From NCBI GenBank assembly GCA_012800435.1, contig JAAZJH010000009.1, forward strand, positions 6,658-70,657: a stretch of DNA of 64,000 bases, given 5' to 3'. Positions 10,285-20,543 of the stretch are shown here, piece after piece. The DNA comes from Clostridiaceae bacterium. GTDB taxonomy: Bacteria > Bacillota > Clostridia > Saccharofermentanales > DTU023. The position numbers and the translations under genes are program-made. Under the pieces are notes generated by a model. It was not told the origin of the DNA, ran no database searches, and worked only from the letters and a program-made list of their open reading frames with translations. Position 1 is the first letter of the stretch. Each line of letters starts with the position of its first letter.

Positions 10285-12216
10285 TTACTTTGCTTTCGTT
10301 TGGCGATGATGCTGCTCTAACCAGACGAGGAGCACCTGAATGTCTGCAGGGGAAACTCCGGAAATGCGACTGGCTTGGCCTAGAGAGACAGGGCGGCGTT
10401 CATCAAGTTTTTGACGCGCTTCAAGTCTGATACCGCGAATTTTTTTGTAATTTATATTTTCAGGCATCAACCGGCGTTCGAGTTTGCGGAAGCGGTCAAC
10501 GCGCTCTTGTTCGAGTCTGATATACCCTTCGTAGCGTATGTCAACTTCAACACATTCTCGGACAGAAGGAGCAAGATCGGGGCGTTCGGGATCTAGCAAA
10601 GCTAAGTTATCGTAATTCAATTCAGGGCGCTTCATGAGTGACAGCAGGTTGACGGAGTGTTTGAGCGGAGTGCTCCCCGCCTCTTCCAGAACGCGGTCAG
10701 AGAAGTCATCTTTTGGAACACGCACTGATTGAAGACGACTTTTCTCCTGTTCAATAGCGCTTTGTTTTTCAAGGAAGCGCTGCCAGCGGCTGTCTGAAAC
10801 GAGGCCGATCTCGCGCCCGAGCGGGGTCAAACGGGCATCGGCATTATCTTGGCGAAGAAGCAAACGATATTCGGCACGTGAGGTCATCAGTCGGTAAGGC
10901 TCGCTCGTCCCTTTCGTGACGAGATCATCGATGAGGACACCGATGTAAGCCTGTGAACGATCGATGATACAAGGAGGTTCGCCGCGAAGACTGCGGACAG
11001 CGTTGATACCGGCCATAAGACCCTGCGCGGCAGCTTCCTCATAACCTGATGAGCCATTTATCTGACCGGCCAGATAAAGACCCTGCACAGCTTTTGTTTC
11101 GAGAGCGAGCGTTAGCGATGTAGGATCTACACAAAGATATTCAATGGCATAAGCGGGGCGCATCACCTCTACGCTCTCCATTCCCGGTACAGTTTTGTAG
11201 ATACCGGCCTGTACGTCTTCCGGCATGGATGAAGAGAGACCGGACGCGTACATTTCCGCCGTATCAAGTCCCGTCGGCTCAAGAAAAACATGATGACGCT
11301 GATGATCGGGGAATTTAACCATTTTGTCTTCGATAGAGGGACAATACCTCGGGCCGATACCTGTGATGACACCGGAATAAAGCGGAGAGCGGTCAAGATT
11401 TTCTTCAATTAATTTTTTTGTACCCGCTGTCGTCCACGTGATATAGCAAGGTTTTTCTGCCAAAGGCCGCCATGTCGGGTCGTCTTCGTTATCGAATGAA
11501 AAGGGACGCGGAACGGCGTCGGCGTGCTGCAGTTCCATCACATCGGTATCAAGGCTTCTAAAATGAAATCGTCCCGGTGTTCCCGTTTTGAAACGTGTCG
11601 TTGGTAGGCCGAGCACTTTGAGCGCGTCGCCGAGACCGCGCGACGGCGCGAGCTGATCGGGTCCTGAAGAACAAACGGATTCACCTATGATGACCTCCGC
11701 GTCCATAAAAGTGCCCGGACAGAGGATGACGCGAGACGCGCGGTAGAGTGATCCCGTTGCCGCGATAACACCTTCAACGGCTCCTTCTTTCACGAGAAGA
11801 TCGACGATCTCCTGTTGGATGAGTCTTATATTCGGTTCCGACTCAAGCACATGCTTCATTCCGCGCTGATAGCCCGTGCGATCAATCTGCGCACGCGGCG
11901 ACTTCACGGCAGGCCCTTTACTCGCATTGAGCATGCGGAACTGGATCATGTGCTCATCTGCAAGGCGACCCATCTCGCCTCCGAGCGCGTCAATCTCACG
12001 AACCATCTGACCTTTAGCAGTGCCGCCGATATTCGGATTGCAGGGTAAATTGGCGAGACTGTCAAGCGTCATCGTAAAAAGAATGACTCGGCAACCCAAA
12101 CGCGCTGCCGCGAGCGCCGCCTCGCATCCCGCGTGACCAGCGCCAACCACAATGATATCTGCCTCTCCCGCGAGAAAAGCGTGCTCTTTTTTCATGGCTT
12201 CAGCTAAAGAAGGCAT
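10285..12216 (-). CDS. mnmG: tRNA uridine 5-carboxymethylaminomethyl modification enzyme MnmG (GidA)
   Basis: FAD motif IVVGAGHAGCEAA and full-length GidA similarity. Start set at the second ATG (12216; GGGGAG 7 nt upstream); the ORF-track start 12231 is also possible. Confidence 0.92.
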   Translation of the reverse strand: MPSLAEAMKKEHAFLAGEADIIVVGAGHAGCEAALAAARLGCRVILFTMTLDSLANLPCNPNIGGTAKGQMVREIDALGGEMGRLADEHMIQFRMLNASKGPAVKSPRAQIDRTGYQRGMKHVLESEPNIRLIQQEIVDLLVKEGAVEGVIAATGSLYRASRVILCPGTFMDAEVIIGESVCSSGPDQLAPSRGLGDALKVLGLPTTRFKTGTPGRFHFRSLDTDVMELQHADAVPRPFSFDNEDDPTWRPLAEKPCYITWTTAGTKKLIEENLDRSPLYSGVITGIGPRYCPSIEDKMVKFPDHQRHHVFLEPTGLDTAEMYASGLSSSMPEDVQAGIYKTVPGMESVEVMRPAYAIEYLCVDPTSLTLALETKAVQGLYLAGQINGSSGYEEAAAQGLMAGINAVRSLRGEPPCIIDRSQAYIGVLIDDLVTKGTSEPYRLMTSRAEYRLLLRQDNADARLTPLGREIGLVSDSRWQRFLEKQSAIEQEKSRLQSVRVPKDDFSDRVLEEAGSTPLKHSVNLLSLMKRPELNYDNLALLDPERPDLAPSVRECVEVDIRYEGYIRLEQERVDRFRKLERRLMPENINYKKIRGIRLEARQKLDERRPVSLGQASRISGVSPADIQVLLVWLEQHHRQTKAK

Positions 12217-12273
12217 GTTTTTACTCCCCATGTATCTTCAGTGATTCGAATATTATCTCAATCGATGTTCTCA

Positions 12274-13806
12274 TTACTTACCGATACAAAAACGGTTGAA
12301 GATCATCTCGACCAGCGTTTCGGAGACATCGTCGCCTGTAATCAAAGAGAGCTCCGTTATGGCTTCGCGCACGGTGATTGCTACCAAGTCAAATGAAAGC
12401 CCTCGTTCCAGATCGCGGATTGCTTGTTGAGCGAGATTCGCCGCTCGATCCACTGCCGCTTTATGGCGCTCGTGAGTGATCAAAACTTCGCTTCCTGTCG
12501 AATAGCCGGAGCTTGCCTCTTGCCGGAGATCTCTTTCTTCTGCATTATCTATCGCGCTTGCAACTCCGTCACAATCTCGATCTTTTTCCGATATGCCCCC
12601 CTCTGATCGATCGGCATCCGTTGACAAAAATCCCTTTTCTATAAAAGTCACCAATTTTTCTTTTAATTTAGTGAGGGCTTCCGGATCTTTGTATGACCAT
12701 GCCAACGTTGGAAGATCGGGAAAACGTTCAGCTGCATAACACACCGGATCATCATCGTAAGATAACGTCGATCTGAGATCATCTTTTCCCAAAATCAGAA
12801 GAACCGGAATACCTTGTGTGACGAGCGCGTCAATTCGTTCTTCCTGATGGTATCGGGCATGGCGTTCCGGAAGCGGGGGCGAGAGCACCCAAAGTACGAC
12901 ATCAGCATCGTTGAGCGCATCTCCTGCGCGGACGATCCCCTCAAGCTCGATGGGATCCTCTGTTTCACAGGCAAATCCTGCCGTATCGGTAAGATGTAAA
13001 AGGTAACCATCAAGCGTCAAATCGATATCCACCGTATCGCGTGTTGTGCCGGGAATATCGCTAACAATGGCACGAGCACGACCCGACAATGCATTAAGCA
13101 GTGATGATTTTCCGACATTGGGATTCCCCGCAATGACGACGTGGAGACCTTCACGAACAACACGGCCGCTTCGAAACGTAGAGGCTAAGTGCCGCAAAGC
13201 CGATTCCGCCTCTTTCAAATCCGACGTGAGCGTAATACGATCCTCTTCACGCTCTTCTTCCTCATCCCAATCCAACAACATTTCTAAATGGGCAAGTACA
13301 GCGTAAAGCTGATCGGCGCGAACGCGTACTGCATTCGACAGATCACCCTTTAGCTGGCGATAAGCCGCTTTTGCCTGTTTTTCCGCCTGCGCCTCAATGA
13401 GATCCATGACCGCTTCTGCCGCTGCGAGATCTAATTTGCCGTTCAAAAAGGCGCGACGGCTGTATTCGCCGGGTCCGGCCGCTCGTGCTCCTGACGCCAA
13501 GGCGCTTGAGAGAATGCCTTCACGAACAGCTTTTCCTCCGTGACAAGAGATTTCGAATACATCTTCTCCCGTATATGAATGAGGCGCGCGAAAACATGAG
13601 AGCACAACATCATCAATTCCTGCCCATATACCGGGCGCCAGCGTGTAACCTTTCATCCGGGAAGGTTTAGGAAACATGTTCGATGAAGGGATGAACAGTC
13701 GATCGCAGATGGCTGCCGCGTCAGGACCGGAAAGGCGCATGACGGCAATTCCGCTTTCGCCGGGCGGTGTCGAAAAGGCTGCTATTGTATCCTGATCGGA
13801 GTTCAT
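12274..13806 (-). CDS. mnmE: tRNA modification GTPase MnmE (TrmE)
   Basis: N-terminal DTIAAFSTPPGESGIAVMRLSG, G domain GNPNVGKSSLLN/DTAG and C-terminal FCIGK. It is 510 aa, longer than usual because of an acidic insert. Confidence 0.93.
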   Translation of the reverse strand: MNSDQDTIAAFSTPPGESGIAVMRLSGPDAAAICDRLFIPSSNMFPKPSRMKGYTLAPGIWAGIDDVVLSCFRAPHSYTGEDVFEISCHGGKAVREGILSSALASGARAAGPGEYSRRAFLNGKLDLAAAEAVMDLIEAQAEKQAKAAYRQLKGDLSNAVRVRADQLYAVLAHLEMLLDWDEEEEREEDRITLTSDLKEAESALRHLASTFRSGRVVREGLHVVIAGNPNVGKSSLLNALSGRARAIVSDIPGTTRDTVDIDLTLDGYLLHLTDTAGFACETEDPIELEGIVRAGDALNDADVVLWVLSPPLPERHARYHQEERIDALVTQGIPVLLILGKDDLRSTLSYDDDPVCYAAERFPDLPTLAWSYKDPEALTKLKEKLVTFIEKGFLSTDADRSEGGISEKDRDCDGVASAIDNAEERDLRQEASSGYSTGSEVLITHERHKAAVDRAANLAQQAIRDLERGLSFDLVAITVREAITELSLITGDDVSETLVEMIFNRFCIGK

Positions 13807-13934
13807 CGCTCACCATCCTTTCTTTATCACATACAACGAAAGATCCGGATACGGCGACCGCATCCGGATATACGTTTTCGCGCATCGGCCTAAACCTTGC
13901 GCTGACTGTCTTTCAACGAATCAATTGATGCGGA

Positions 13935-14723
13935 TCAGTCGTTAATGAATTCAACACCGACAGAGGGCGCGATTACAACATAGCGTCTCGGATCTGCGCC
14001 TTCGCTATAGGTGGATATGCCTTCAACGTCACGTAACGTCATATGGATAACGCGTCGTTCTGCCGGCGTCATGGGTTTGAGCTTCGATTCGCGACCCGTC
14101 GCTAGGACACGCTCCGCCGTTTTATTGGCGATACGGCTCAAGCGCTGTTCGCGACGATGGCGATAACCTGATACGTCTACGATCACGCGGAGAAAATCAT
14201 CCATCCAACGGTTGGCCACAATATTGGTAAGATATTGAATGGCATCGAGGGTTTCGCCGTGGCGACCGATCGCAACTCCACAGTCATTGCCTGAAATATC
14301 GATCTCTAAGCTGCCTTCTTCATCAATGTAGGATTCCAGTCTGCCGTGGATGCCAATCCCGGAAAGAATTGCCTCAACATAATCTAACGCCGCGTTTTCC
14401 GCTGACTCGAGACCTCGCTCTTCAGCGGGCATTTTCCATGCCTCTGCATCATCTCCTTCGTCGTCATCTTCGCTGATTTTCTTGCGGCGCGCGCTATCAT
14501 CGGCAGCTCGGCGGAGCTCACGTTCGCGGCGTCTTTCGTCATCGCCGCTTATATCGGTGACACGTACACGTGCCGGCTGACGTCCAAACCCAAAAATACC
14601 GCCTTTGTCACCTTCATCCAGTATTTCAATCAGCGCATCCGTTAGCGAAATGTTTAATTCCTGTAGAGCATTTTCTACTGCTTGATCGACGGTTTTTCCT
14701 GTCGTTTCTACCACATGATCCAT
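13935..14723 (-). CDS. jag: RNA-binding protein Jag/KhpB (Jag_N, KH, R3H)
   Basis: N-terminal TGKTVDQAVENALQEL ... IFGFG Jag_N pattern and a C-terminal R3H-like region (ERRVIHMTL). Conserved yidC-jag synteny. Confidence 0.88.
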   Translation of the reverse strand: MDHVVETTGKTVDQAVENALQELNISLTDALIEILDEGDKGGIFGFGRQPARVRVTDISGDDERRRERELRRAADDSARRKKISEDDDEGDDAEAWKMPAEERGLESAENAALDYVEAILSGIGIHGRLESYIDEEGSLEIDISGNDCGVAIGRHGETLDAIQYLTNIVANRWMDDFLRVIVDVSGYRHRREQRLSRIANKTAERVLATGRESKLKPMTPAERRVIHMTLRDVEGISTYSEGADPRRYVVIAPSVGVEFIND

Positions 14724-14753
14724 GTGAAAAAATCTCCTTCTTTAACGACCGAA

Positions 14754-15869
14754 TTACTCACGAGGACCGTCGCCGCGAATTAATGACATCAAAGAACGCT
14801 TTTCACGTTTCTTGGGGTCTCTTTTACGCTTCGCGGCAGAACGGTCGCCGTCCGCTAATTCGGCAGGGCGTGACCGATCATATTGAGCCTGATCAAGTTC
14901 ATAAGAGAGTCGAAGCGGCCTGATGTAGTATTGGTAGCCAATCAACGACTGGACTAGATAAACGATGTTTTGAGCAAACCAGAAAACACACATGGCGGCA
15001 GGCATACGGAACATGGTGAACAGCATAAAAACGGGCATGATGTAGTTCATCGATTTCAACATGCCGGATCCTGCATCGGTTTCTTGACCGCGTTTTGCCG
15101 GATTGGCTCTGTCTCTTCTTTTTTCTTCCTTCGTTTTCTCAGGACGCGGGCGGCTCTCGCGCATGACTTTCATCTGAATGAAGTAAGTGATCATCGTGAT
15201 GAGAATGAGAATGACAAGCGGAAGTTCCAAACGCCAGTTCGCGCCGAACCATTCCGTCGGCTTCCATGAGGGTGTGCGGGCAAGATCCATACCGAGAAAA
15301 TTTGTATTGATCATTTTATCAAGAGTAATCCATCCATTGGAGACGGACTGTTCCAGCACCGTGCCTGAATCACGAAGTCCTGCAAGCACCGGAATGTCCA
15401 TTAAGGCGACATTGTTGACTTCCGCTTGCGTCATCAGACCGTGGGTTTGCATCAACCCGGCAATGTTTCTCAAATTCTGGACCGGTACGTTCGTGATCCA
15501 GCGAAGCGGTGAACGGAAAAGGTAAAAAACGGGCCAAATCAGGAGCAGCTGGAGCACCATGGGGAGGCAGCCGGAGGTCATTGAGATACCATTCTCCTTG
15601 TAAAGCTGCTGCGTCATTTCGTTAACGCGCTGCTGATCATTGCCGTAATGACGCTTGATTTCATTCACTTCGTCCACAAGCAGTTGTTGGCGAAGCGTAC
15701 TCCGCTGAGATTTGAGCGCCAAAGGCATCAGCAACAGCCGAATACCAACGGTAAAAAGAATAATGACCACGCCGTAACTGCCGATCCATGAATAAAGCAC
15801 GCCGAGAATCCAGCCGAAGAGTTTGTAAAGGGGATCTAGCAGTCCTAGCTGCACCGGTATAAAATTCAT
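14754..15869 (-). CDS. yidC: Membrane protein insertase YidC/Oxa1 family
   Basis: Polytopic 371-aa protein with a basic C-terminal tail. Position between yidD and jag. Confidence 0.9.
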   Translation of the reverse strand: MNFIPVQLGLLDPLYKLFGWILGVLYSWIGSYGVVIILFTVGIRLLLMPLALKSQRSTLRQQLLVDEVNEIKRHYGNDQQRVNEMTQQLYKENGISMTSGCLPMVLQLLLIWPVFYLFRSPLRWITNVPVQNLRNIAGLMQTHGLMTQAEVNNVALMDIPVLAGLRDSGTVLEQSVSNGWITLDKMINTNFLGMDLARTPSWKPTEWFGANWRLELPLVILILITMITYFIQMKVMRESRPRPEKTKEEKRRDRANPAKRGQETDAGSGMLKSMNYIMPVFMLFTMFRMPAAMCVFWFAQNIVYLVQSLIGYQYYIRPLRLSYELDQAQYDRSRPAELADGDRSAAKRKRDPKKREKRSLMSLIRGDGPRE

Positions 15870-16062
15870 CGCTTTTGTCTCTCTTTCAGTTTATCAGTTG
15901 CACAGGTTTCAGTAGATCTTACTGATCCGCCCTTGCGGTTTTCCTGTTTCCCTATAATTTTCTCTATTTATAAAATAGAGTTTTAGATGACGGAAGTGTT
16001 TTTTCCGCTGTTCTAAACGTCGCGTTTACACCCTGAGATAACCATGTTTTCTTGCTTACGTG

Positions 16063-16398
16063 TTATCCGTTCTTTCTATTTCCGGAAAGGCGAACATACT
16101 CGCGCCACGTAGGCCAAGCAGTTGGAACGGGATCAAAACCGCCGCGAGCAAACGGATTGCAGCGCATTAGTCGCCACAACGCGAGCACCCCCCCGCGAAA
16201 AGCACCGAAACGATTGATCGCTTCAATCGCGTACGCGGAACACGTCGGTGAAAAACGGCAACAGGGCAAATGTGTGGATGATAAATGACGTCGATACGCA
16301 CGAATGGCGCCCAGCATCAAAGAGGCCGGCACCGAACGGCGCGGAGTACGTATATCTTCGTTTTCGTTTAGGTGTAGATCTGCTTTATCAGTGGGCAC
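16063..16398 (-). CDS. yidD: Membrane protein insertion efficiency factor YidD
   Basis: Core CRFSPTCSAYAIEAINRFGAFRGGVLALWRLMRCNPFARGGFDPVP. The listed start is GTG and the true start is uncertain. Confidence 0.85.
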   Translation of the reverse strand: MPTDKADLHLNENEDIRTPRRSVPASLMLGAIRAYRRHLSSTHLPCCRFSPTCSAYAIEAINRFGAFRGGVLALWRLMRCNPFARGGFDPVPTAWPTWREYVRLSGNRKNG

Positions 16399-16433
16399 GC
16401 TGTTTTTCCCAATGTATCTTCAGTCGATAACAT

Positions 16434-16820
16434 TCATGTATCCGATATGTTCTGCTCGTGAGGTGACGCAATGCTTCCGATCCCGGCATCCGTGATCAGT
16501 TTTTGAAGTTCTTCAACAAGGTTTGTGAGTCGCGGTTCTTTTTCCTTTTGCCAACGGCCGCTCACCACTATATCCACGCCGGGGGTGATAACTAGTTGTG
16601 TTAAGCGAAAGGCCTCACGAAGCAGGCGTTTCATGCGATTGCGCTCAACCGCGTTTTTTAACGACCGGTTCACCGTAAAACCGACTCGAGCCGACTCTGC
16701 AGCATATCGACCGCGACGTTTCAGGATGTGCAGGCCGATCCAACGGCCGCGCTTCCATGTTCCTTTCCGGTAAACACGCGTAAAATCGCGATTGCTTGTC
16801 AGTTTTTCGGCACGCGCCAT
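16434..16820 (-). CDS. rnpA: Ribonuclease P protein component
   Basis: 128-aa basic protein beginning KLTSNRDFTRVYRKG, located immediately downstream of rpmH. Confidence 0.9.
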   Translation of the reverse strand: MARAEKLTSNRDFTRVYRKGTWKRGRWIGLHILKRRGRYAAESARVGFTVNRSLKNAVERNRMKRLLREAFRLTQLVITPGVDIVVSGRWQKEKEPRLTNLVEELQKLITDAGIGSIASPHEQNISDT

Positions 16821-16836
16821 CGTCCGCCTCCGACGC

Positions 16837-16971
16837 TTACCAAGAAAGTCTCTTGCGGCCTTTAATCCTTCTGCGTTTCAAAATCTGTCTTCCCTGCTTT
16901 GTCGCCATTCTTTTACGGAATCCGTGTACGCGTGAGCGTTTGCGACGCTTTGGCTGATAGGTTCGTTTCAT
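16837..16971 (-). CDS. rpmH: 50S ribosomal protein L34
   Basis: Not in the ORF track because it is under 60 aa. The reverse strand translates to [44 protein letters not shown] plus stop, with GGAGAAAAAAC before the ATG. Confidence 0.95.
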   Translation of the reverse strand: MKRTYQPKRRKRSRVHGFRKRMATKQGRQILKRRRIKGRKRLSW

Positions 16972-17035
16972 GTTTTTTCTCCAAAGAATTCGTGATTATA
17001 TTTACCGAATGAACGGTCTTACTTCTATGATCTTA

Positions 17036-17080
17036 TCAAAATAAGGCATAACGTTTAGATTATACGAAAAGCTAAACGTT
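17036..17080 (-). terminator. Putative terminator after folD
   Basis: 9-bp stem AACGTTTAG/CTAAACGTT starting 4 nt after the folD stop, followed on the reverse strand by ATGCCTTATTTTG. Confidence 0.55.
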
Positions 17081-17084
17081 TCCG

Positions 17085-17930
17085 TCAAATTTTCTCAGCG
17101 GCTTCAACAACGTGCTGCATCAGCATGGTTGTGGTAACTGATCCGACACCGCGCGGCGTCGGCGTAATGTTGGCAACGATTGGCTCCACGGAATCAAAAT
17201 CGACGTCGCCGACCAGTTTTCCTTCCTCGTTGACATTGATGCCGACATCGATGACGGTTTGTCCTTCGCAAACAAAATCCATATTTATCATACCTGCTTT
17301 ACCCGCGCAGGCGACGATTATATCAGCTTCGCGCGCCACAGAAGCAAGATCACGCGTCCTCGTGTGACACACCGTAACCGTCGCATTCTCATTCAACAGC
17401 ATCATCGAAACGGGTTTTCCGATGACAAGACTTCTGCCGATTACGGTCACACGTGATCCACTGATGGGGATCTTGTAATGTTTTAACATGGCAAGCACTG
17501 CTTCGGCGGTGCACGGAGCGAATCCGCTTCCCTGATTCATAAAAACACGTGCCATAGACGAAGAACCTATGCCGTCGACGTCTTTTTCTGGCGAAAGTGC
17601 TTCGCAGATGATGCGTTCATCTATACTTTTAGGAAGAGGACGGAAAATCAGACATCCGTGGATCGTCGGATCCTCGTTAATGATTGTGATCGCATCGAGC
17701 ACTTCGTCCGTCGACGCAGTATCCGGAAACACTTGTACTTCAGTCTCTACTCCGATACGCTGAGCGCGGTTCAACGCGCCGCGCTCATACGAGAGATCCT
17801 CCGGCTTCTCGCCGACACGCACAATCATGAGTTTCGGCTGAATGCCTTTTTCTTTTAGTGCCTTTACACGCCTTATCAAATCCTCCGAACAGGCATCCGC
17901 TACAGTTTTCCCCAATAAAATCTGTGCCAT
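17085..17930 (-). CDS. folD: Bifunctional methylenetetrahydrofolate dehydrogenase/cyclohydrolase
   Basis: 281 aa with motifs YERGALNRA-type N-domain, GRSLVIGKP, TPTPRGVGSVTT. Confidence 0.92.
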   Translation of the reverse strand: MAQILLGKTVADACSEDLIRRVKALKEKGIQPKLMIVRVGEKPEDLSYERGALNRAQRIGVETEVQVFPDTASTDEVLDAITIINEDPTIHGCLIFRPLPKSIDERIICEALSPEKDVDGIGSSSMARVFMNQGSGFAPCTAEAVLAMLKHYKIPISGSRVTVIGRSLVIGKPVSMMLLNENATVTVCHTRTRDLASVAREADIIVACAGKAGMINMDFVCEGQTVIDVGINVNEEGKLVGDVDFDSVEPIVANITPTPRGVGSVTTTMLMQHVVEAAEKI

Positions 17931-17968
17931 AAAGCTTCCCCTTCCTCATTGTCATGTAAAGAACAGCA

Positions 17969-19123
17969 TCAAATAGATCTGCAGAACGTCTCAATACGGT
18001 CGAGCGCTTCGTACAACTTCTCGTCCAAACAAGTGTACGCAATACGGATAAAACCATTGCCGCATTCACCGAACGCGCTGCCCGGAATGCAGACAACTTT
18101 CTGTTCGTCAAGTAAGCGGTTACAGAATTCAACACTGCTCAGACCGAAGCTGCTGATGTCGGCAAAGGCATAGAACGCGCCTTTTGGCTCGTTAAAGCGA
18201 ATGCCGTCGATTTTCGCCAGCCCTTCGAGCAGAATCGCGCGACGTCGTTCAAAGATCTGGCGCAATTCTTCGCTCAGTTCCGGGTGGTCGAGCGCAACCG
18301 CGCACGTGTATTGGCCAGGAGCATTTGCACAAGCGTTAAAGTTCTCCTGGCATTTAGTCATGCGGTCGACAATTTCCGCAGGCCCCGCAGCATACCCGAT
18401 ACGCCACCCCGTCATCGCAAAGGACTTCGAGAAGCTATTGATGATCATCGTGCGTTGCTTCATGTCCGGGAATGACGCGATGCAGGGTGCCTCCGCACCG
18501 TCGTAGAGAAGGGTGTTGTACACATCATCAGAAATGACCATTAGATCATGTTTGACAGCTAGCTTCGCGATCTTCTCCATGGTATCGCGCGTCATGACCG
18601 AGCCGGTCGGATTGTTCGGAGTGTTGATGATCAATGCCTTGGTGTTCGGTGTGATACAGTTTTCAATCGTTTCCGGCTGCATTTCAAAGTTATGAGCAAA
18701 ATCAGTAGGGACACGGACAGCTGTACCGTCGCAATAATCGACCTGCGCTACGTAGTTCAGCCACTGCGGATCCTGAATCAAGATTTCGTCACCTTTATTC
18801 AACAACACGAGGAATAGCAGGCTCAGCGCCCCCATACCGCCATTTGTAACGATGATCTCGGTATGAGGATCGTAATTCAGGTCTTTCAGATGGGACTTCT
18901 CAGCAATCGCCTGACGGAATGAGAGCAAACCGGCATTCGGCGTATAGTGAGTGATACCTTTGTCAAGCGCTTCCTTACAAACTTCACAAAGCAACTTCGG
19001 TGTAGACATATCGGGTTCACCAATGCCGAGACTAATGACGCCGGTCATTTTGTTGGCACGATCAAACATGGCACGAATAGCGCCCTGCTGCAACGTTTTT
19101 GCTTTTTCATTGATCCATTTCAT
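17969..19123 (-). CDS. Class I/II PLP-dependent aminotransferase (AspC-like)
   Basis: 384 aa. SFSKSFAMTGWRIGY contains the PLP lysine motif, plus NPTG. GGAGGA RBS. Confidence 0.85.
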   Translation of the reverse strand: MKWINEKAKTLQQGAIRAMFDRANKMTGVISLGIGEPDMSTPKLLCEVCKEALDKGITHYTPNAGLLSFRQAIAEKSHLKDLNYDPHTEIIVTNGGMGALSLLFLVLLNKGDEILIQDPQWLNYVAQVDYCDGTAVRVPTDFAHNFEMQPETIENCITPNTKALIINTPNNPTGSVMTRDTMEKIAKLAVKHDLMVISDDVYNTLLYDGAEAPCIASFPDMKQRTMIINSFSKSFAMTGWRIGYAAGPAEIVDRMTKCQENFNACANAPGQYTCAVALDHPELSEELRQIFERRRAILLEGLAKIDGIRFNEPKGAFYAFADISSFGLSSVEFCNRLLDEQKVVCIPGSAFGECGNGFIRIAYTCLDEKLYEALDRIETFCRSI

Positions 19124-19141
19124 GATTCCGTGTCCTCCATT

Positions 19142-20167
19142 TTATCTTTGAACCCTTCCTGTCCCGTCGCCGCCCATGAGTTTAATGACCTCGGAGACGG
19201 TAACTCGGTTGAAGTCGCCCGGGATACTGTGTTTCAGGCAAGAGGCCGCCACGGCGAATTCGAGCGCGGACTGCTTGTCTTCATAGTGATTCAGACCGTA
19301 AATCAGGCCGCCCGAGAAACTGTCGCCGCCACCGACTCGATCGATGATGTCACGGATATCATACTTTGTCGAAACATAAAAATTCTCTCTGTCATTTAAA
19401 CACGCCGCCCAGCCGTTCCAATCCGCGCTGTAGCTCTCGCGAAGCGTGATGGCGATGCACTTCATGTTTGGATAGACCTCAAGGACCTTGTCGCCGAGCA
19501 CACGGTATTTTTTGCGGTCCAGCTCACCGGATTCGACATTCACATCAACCGTTATTTCGAGCGACTTTTGCACGTCTTCTTCGTTGGCGATCGCAACATC
19601 TACGTACTTGACCAACTCGCGCATAACTTCGGCGGCTTTTTTGCCGTACTTCCAAAGGTTCCTGCGATAGTTGAGGTCACAAGAGACAGTAATGCCTCGC
19701 TTTTTTGCTTCCCTTACAGATTCGAGAGATAACTCCATCGCACTTTTCGAAATAGCCGGAGTGATACCGGTGATATGGAACCAATTGATGTCCTTGAAGG
19801 CCTTGTTCCAGTCAATATCACCGGGTTTGGCTATGGCGATGGCAGAGCCGGCACGGTCATAGATCACGCGGCTTGGCAGCTGATTTGCACCGCCCTCGAC
19901 ATAGTAAATACCAAACCGTCCGTCACCGGTTACGATTCGTGAAGTATCAACACCGAAGCTACGCAGCTCTCGGACACATGCATCCGTGATAGGGTTGTCG
20001 GGCAAGACGGTCAGATAACTGACGTCCATGCCATAATTGGCTAACGAAACGGCCACATTGGCTTCGCCGCCGCCGAAAGTAGCTTCAAGATAGTGATTCG
20101 TCAAAAGGCGCTCCAATCCGGGAGCTTTGAGACGGAGCATAATCTCTCCAAATGTTAAATATTTCAT
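19142..20167 (-). CDS. kdgK: PfkB-family sugar kinase, 2-dehydro-3-deoxygluconokinase-like
   Basis: N-terminus [17 protein letters not shown] and [12 protein letters not shown]-binding motif. Start moved to the ATG at 20167, preceded by AAGGAGG; the track start at 20263 adds an unlikely 32 aa. Confidence 0.78.
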   Translation of the reverse strand: MKYLTFGEIMLRLKAPGLERLLTNHYLEATFGGGEANVAVSLANYGMDVSYLTVLPDNPITDACVRELRSFGVDTSRIVTGDGRFGIYYVEGGANQLPSRVIYDRAGSAIAIAKPGDIDWNKAFKDINWFHITGITPAISKSAMELSLESVREAKKRGITVSCDLNYRRNLWKYGKKAAEVMRELVKYVDVAIANEEDVQKSLEITVDVNVESGELDRKKYRVLGDKVLEVYPNMKCIAITLRESYSADWNGWAACLNDRENFYVSTKYDIRDIIDRVGGGDSFSGGLIYGLNHYEDKQSALEFAVAASCLKHSIPGDFNRVTVSEVIKLMGGDGTGRVQR

Positions 20168-20340
20168 TACAATCCTCCTTGTATATTGAAGGCCGTCAGG
20201 TTCGTTGTATCTTGACGGCATTTTTCTGTTAATTCCACAAGTTTCGTGAGATAGTGTATCCACATTGCTGAGAGCGCCGGCACTCCTCCCTGATATTATT
20301 CCATATCAAGAGGAATGAAAGCTCTCATCTTTAGACGTAC

Positions 20341-20382
20341 AAAAAGCAAAGCCGCCGAATCATCTGAAAGACAGACGGCTTT
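20341..20382 (-). terminator. Putative terminator downstream of livF
   Basis: On the reverse strand, stem AAAGCCG/CGGCTTT with partially paired loop, followed by GCTTTTTGT. It lies about 160 nt after the livF stop. Confidence 0.45.
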
Positions 20383-20543
20383 CAGGCTCCTTTATTTCTA
20401 CTTTGGCTGTAGCTATATACCTGACGAAGCCGGTTTTTCTCAAGCCAGTCATAGCACAGCAGATCAAGATCCTCCAGATTGCGGTATAGCCATTGTTGCC
20501 GATATATCACCTATAAGCCAAGCGCTGTTGCTGTTGTCTTTCA

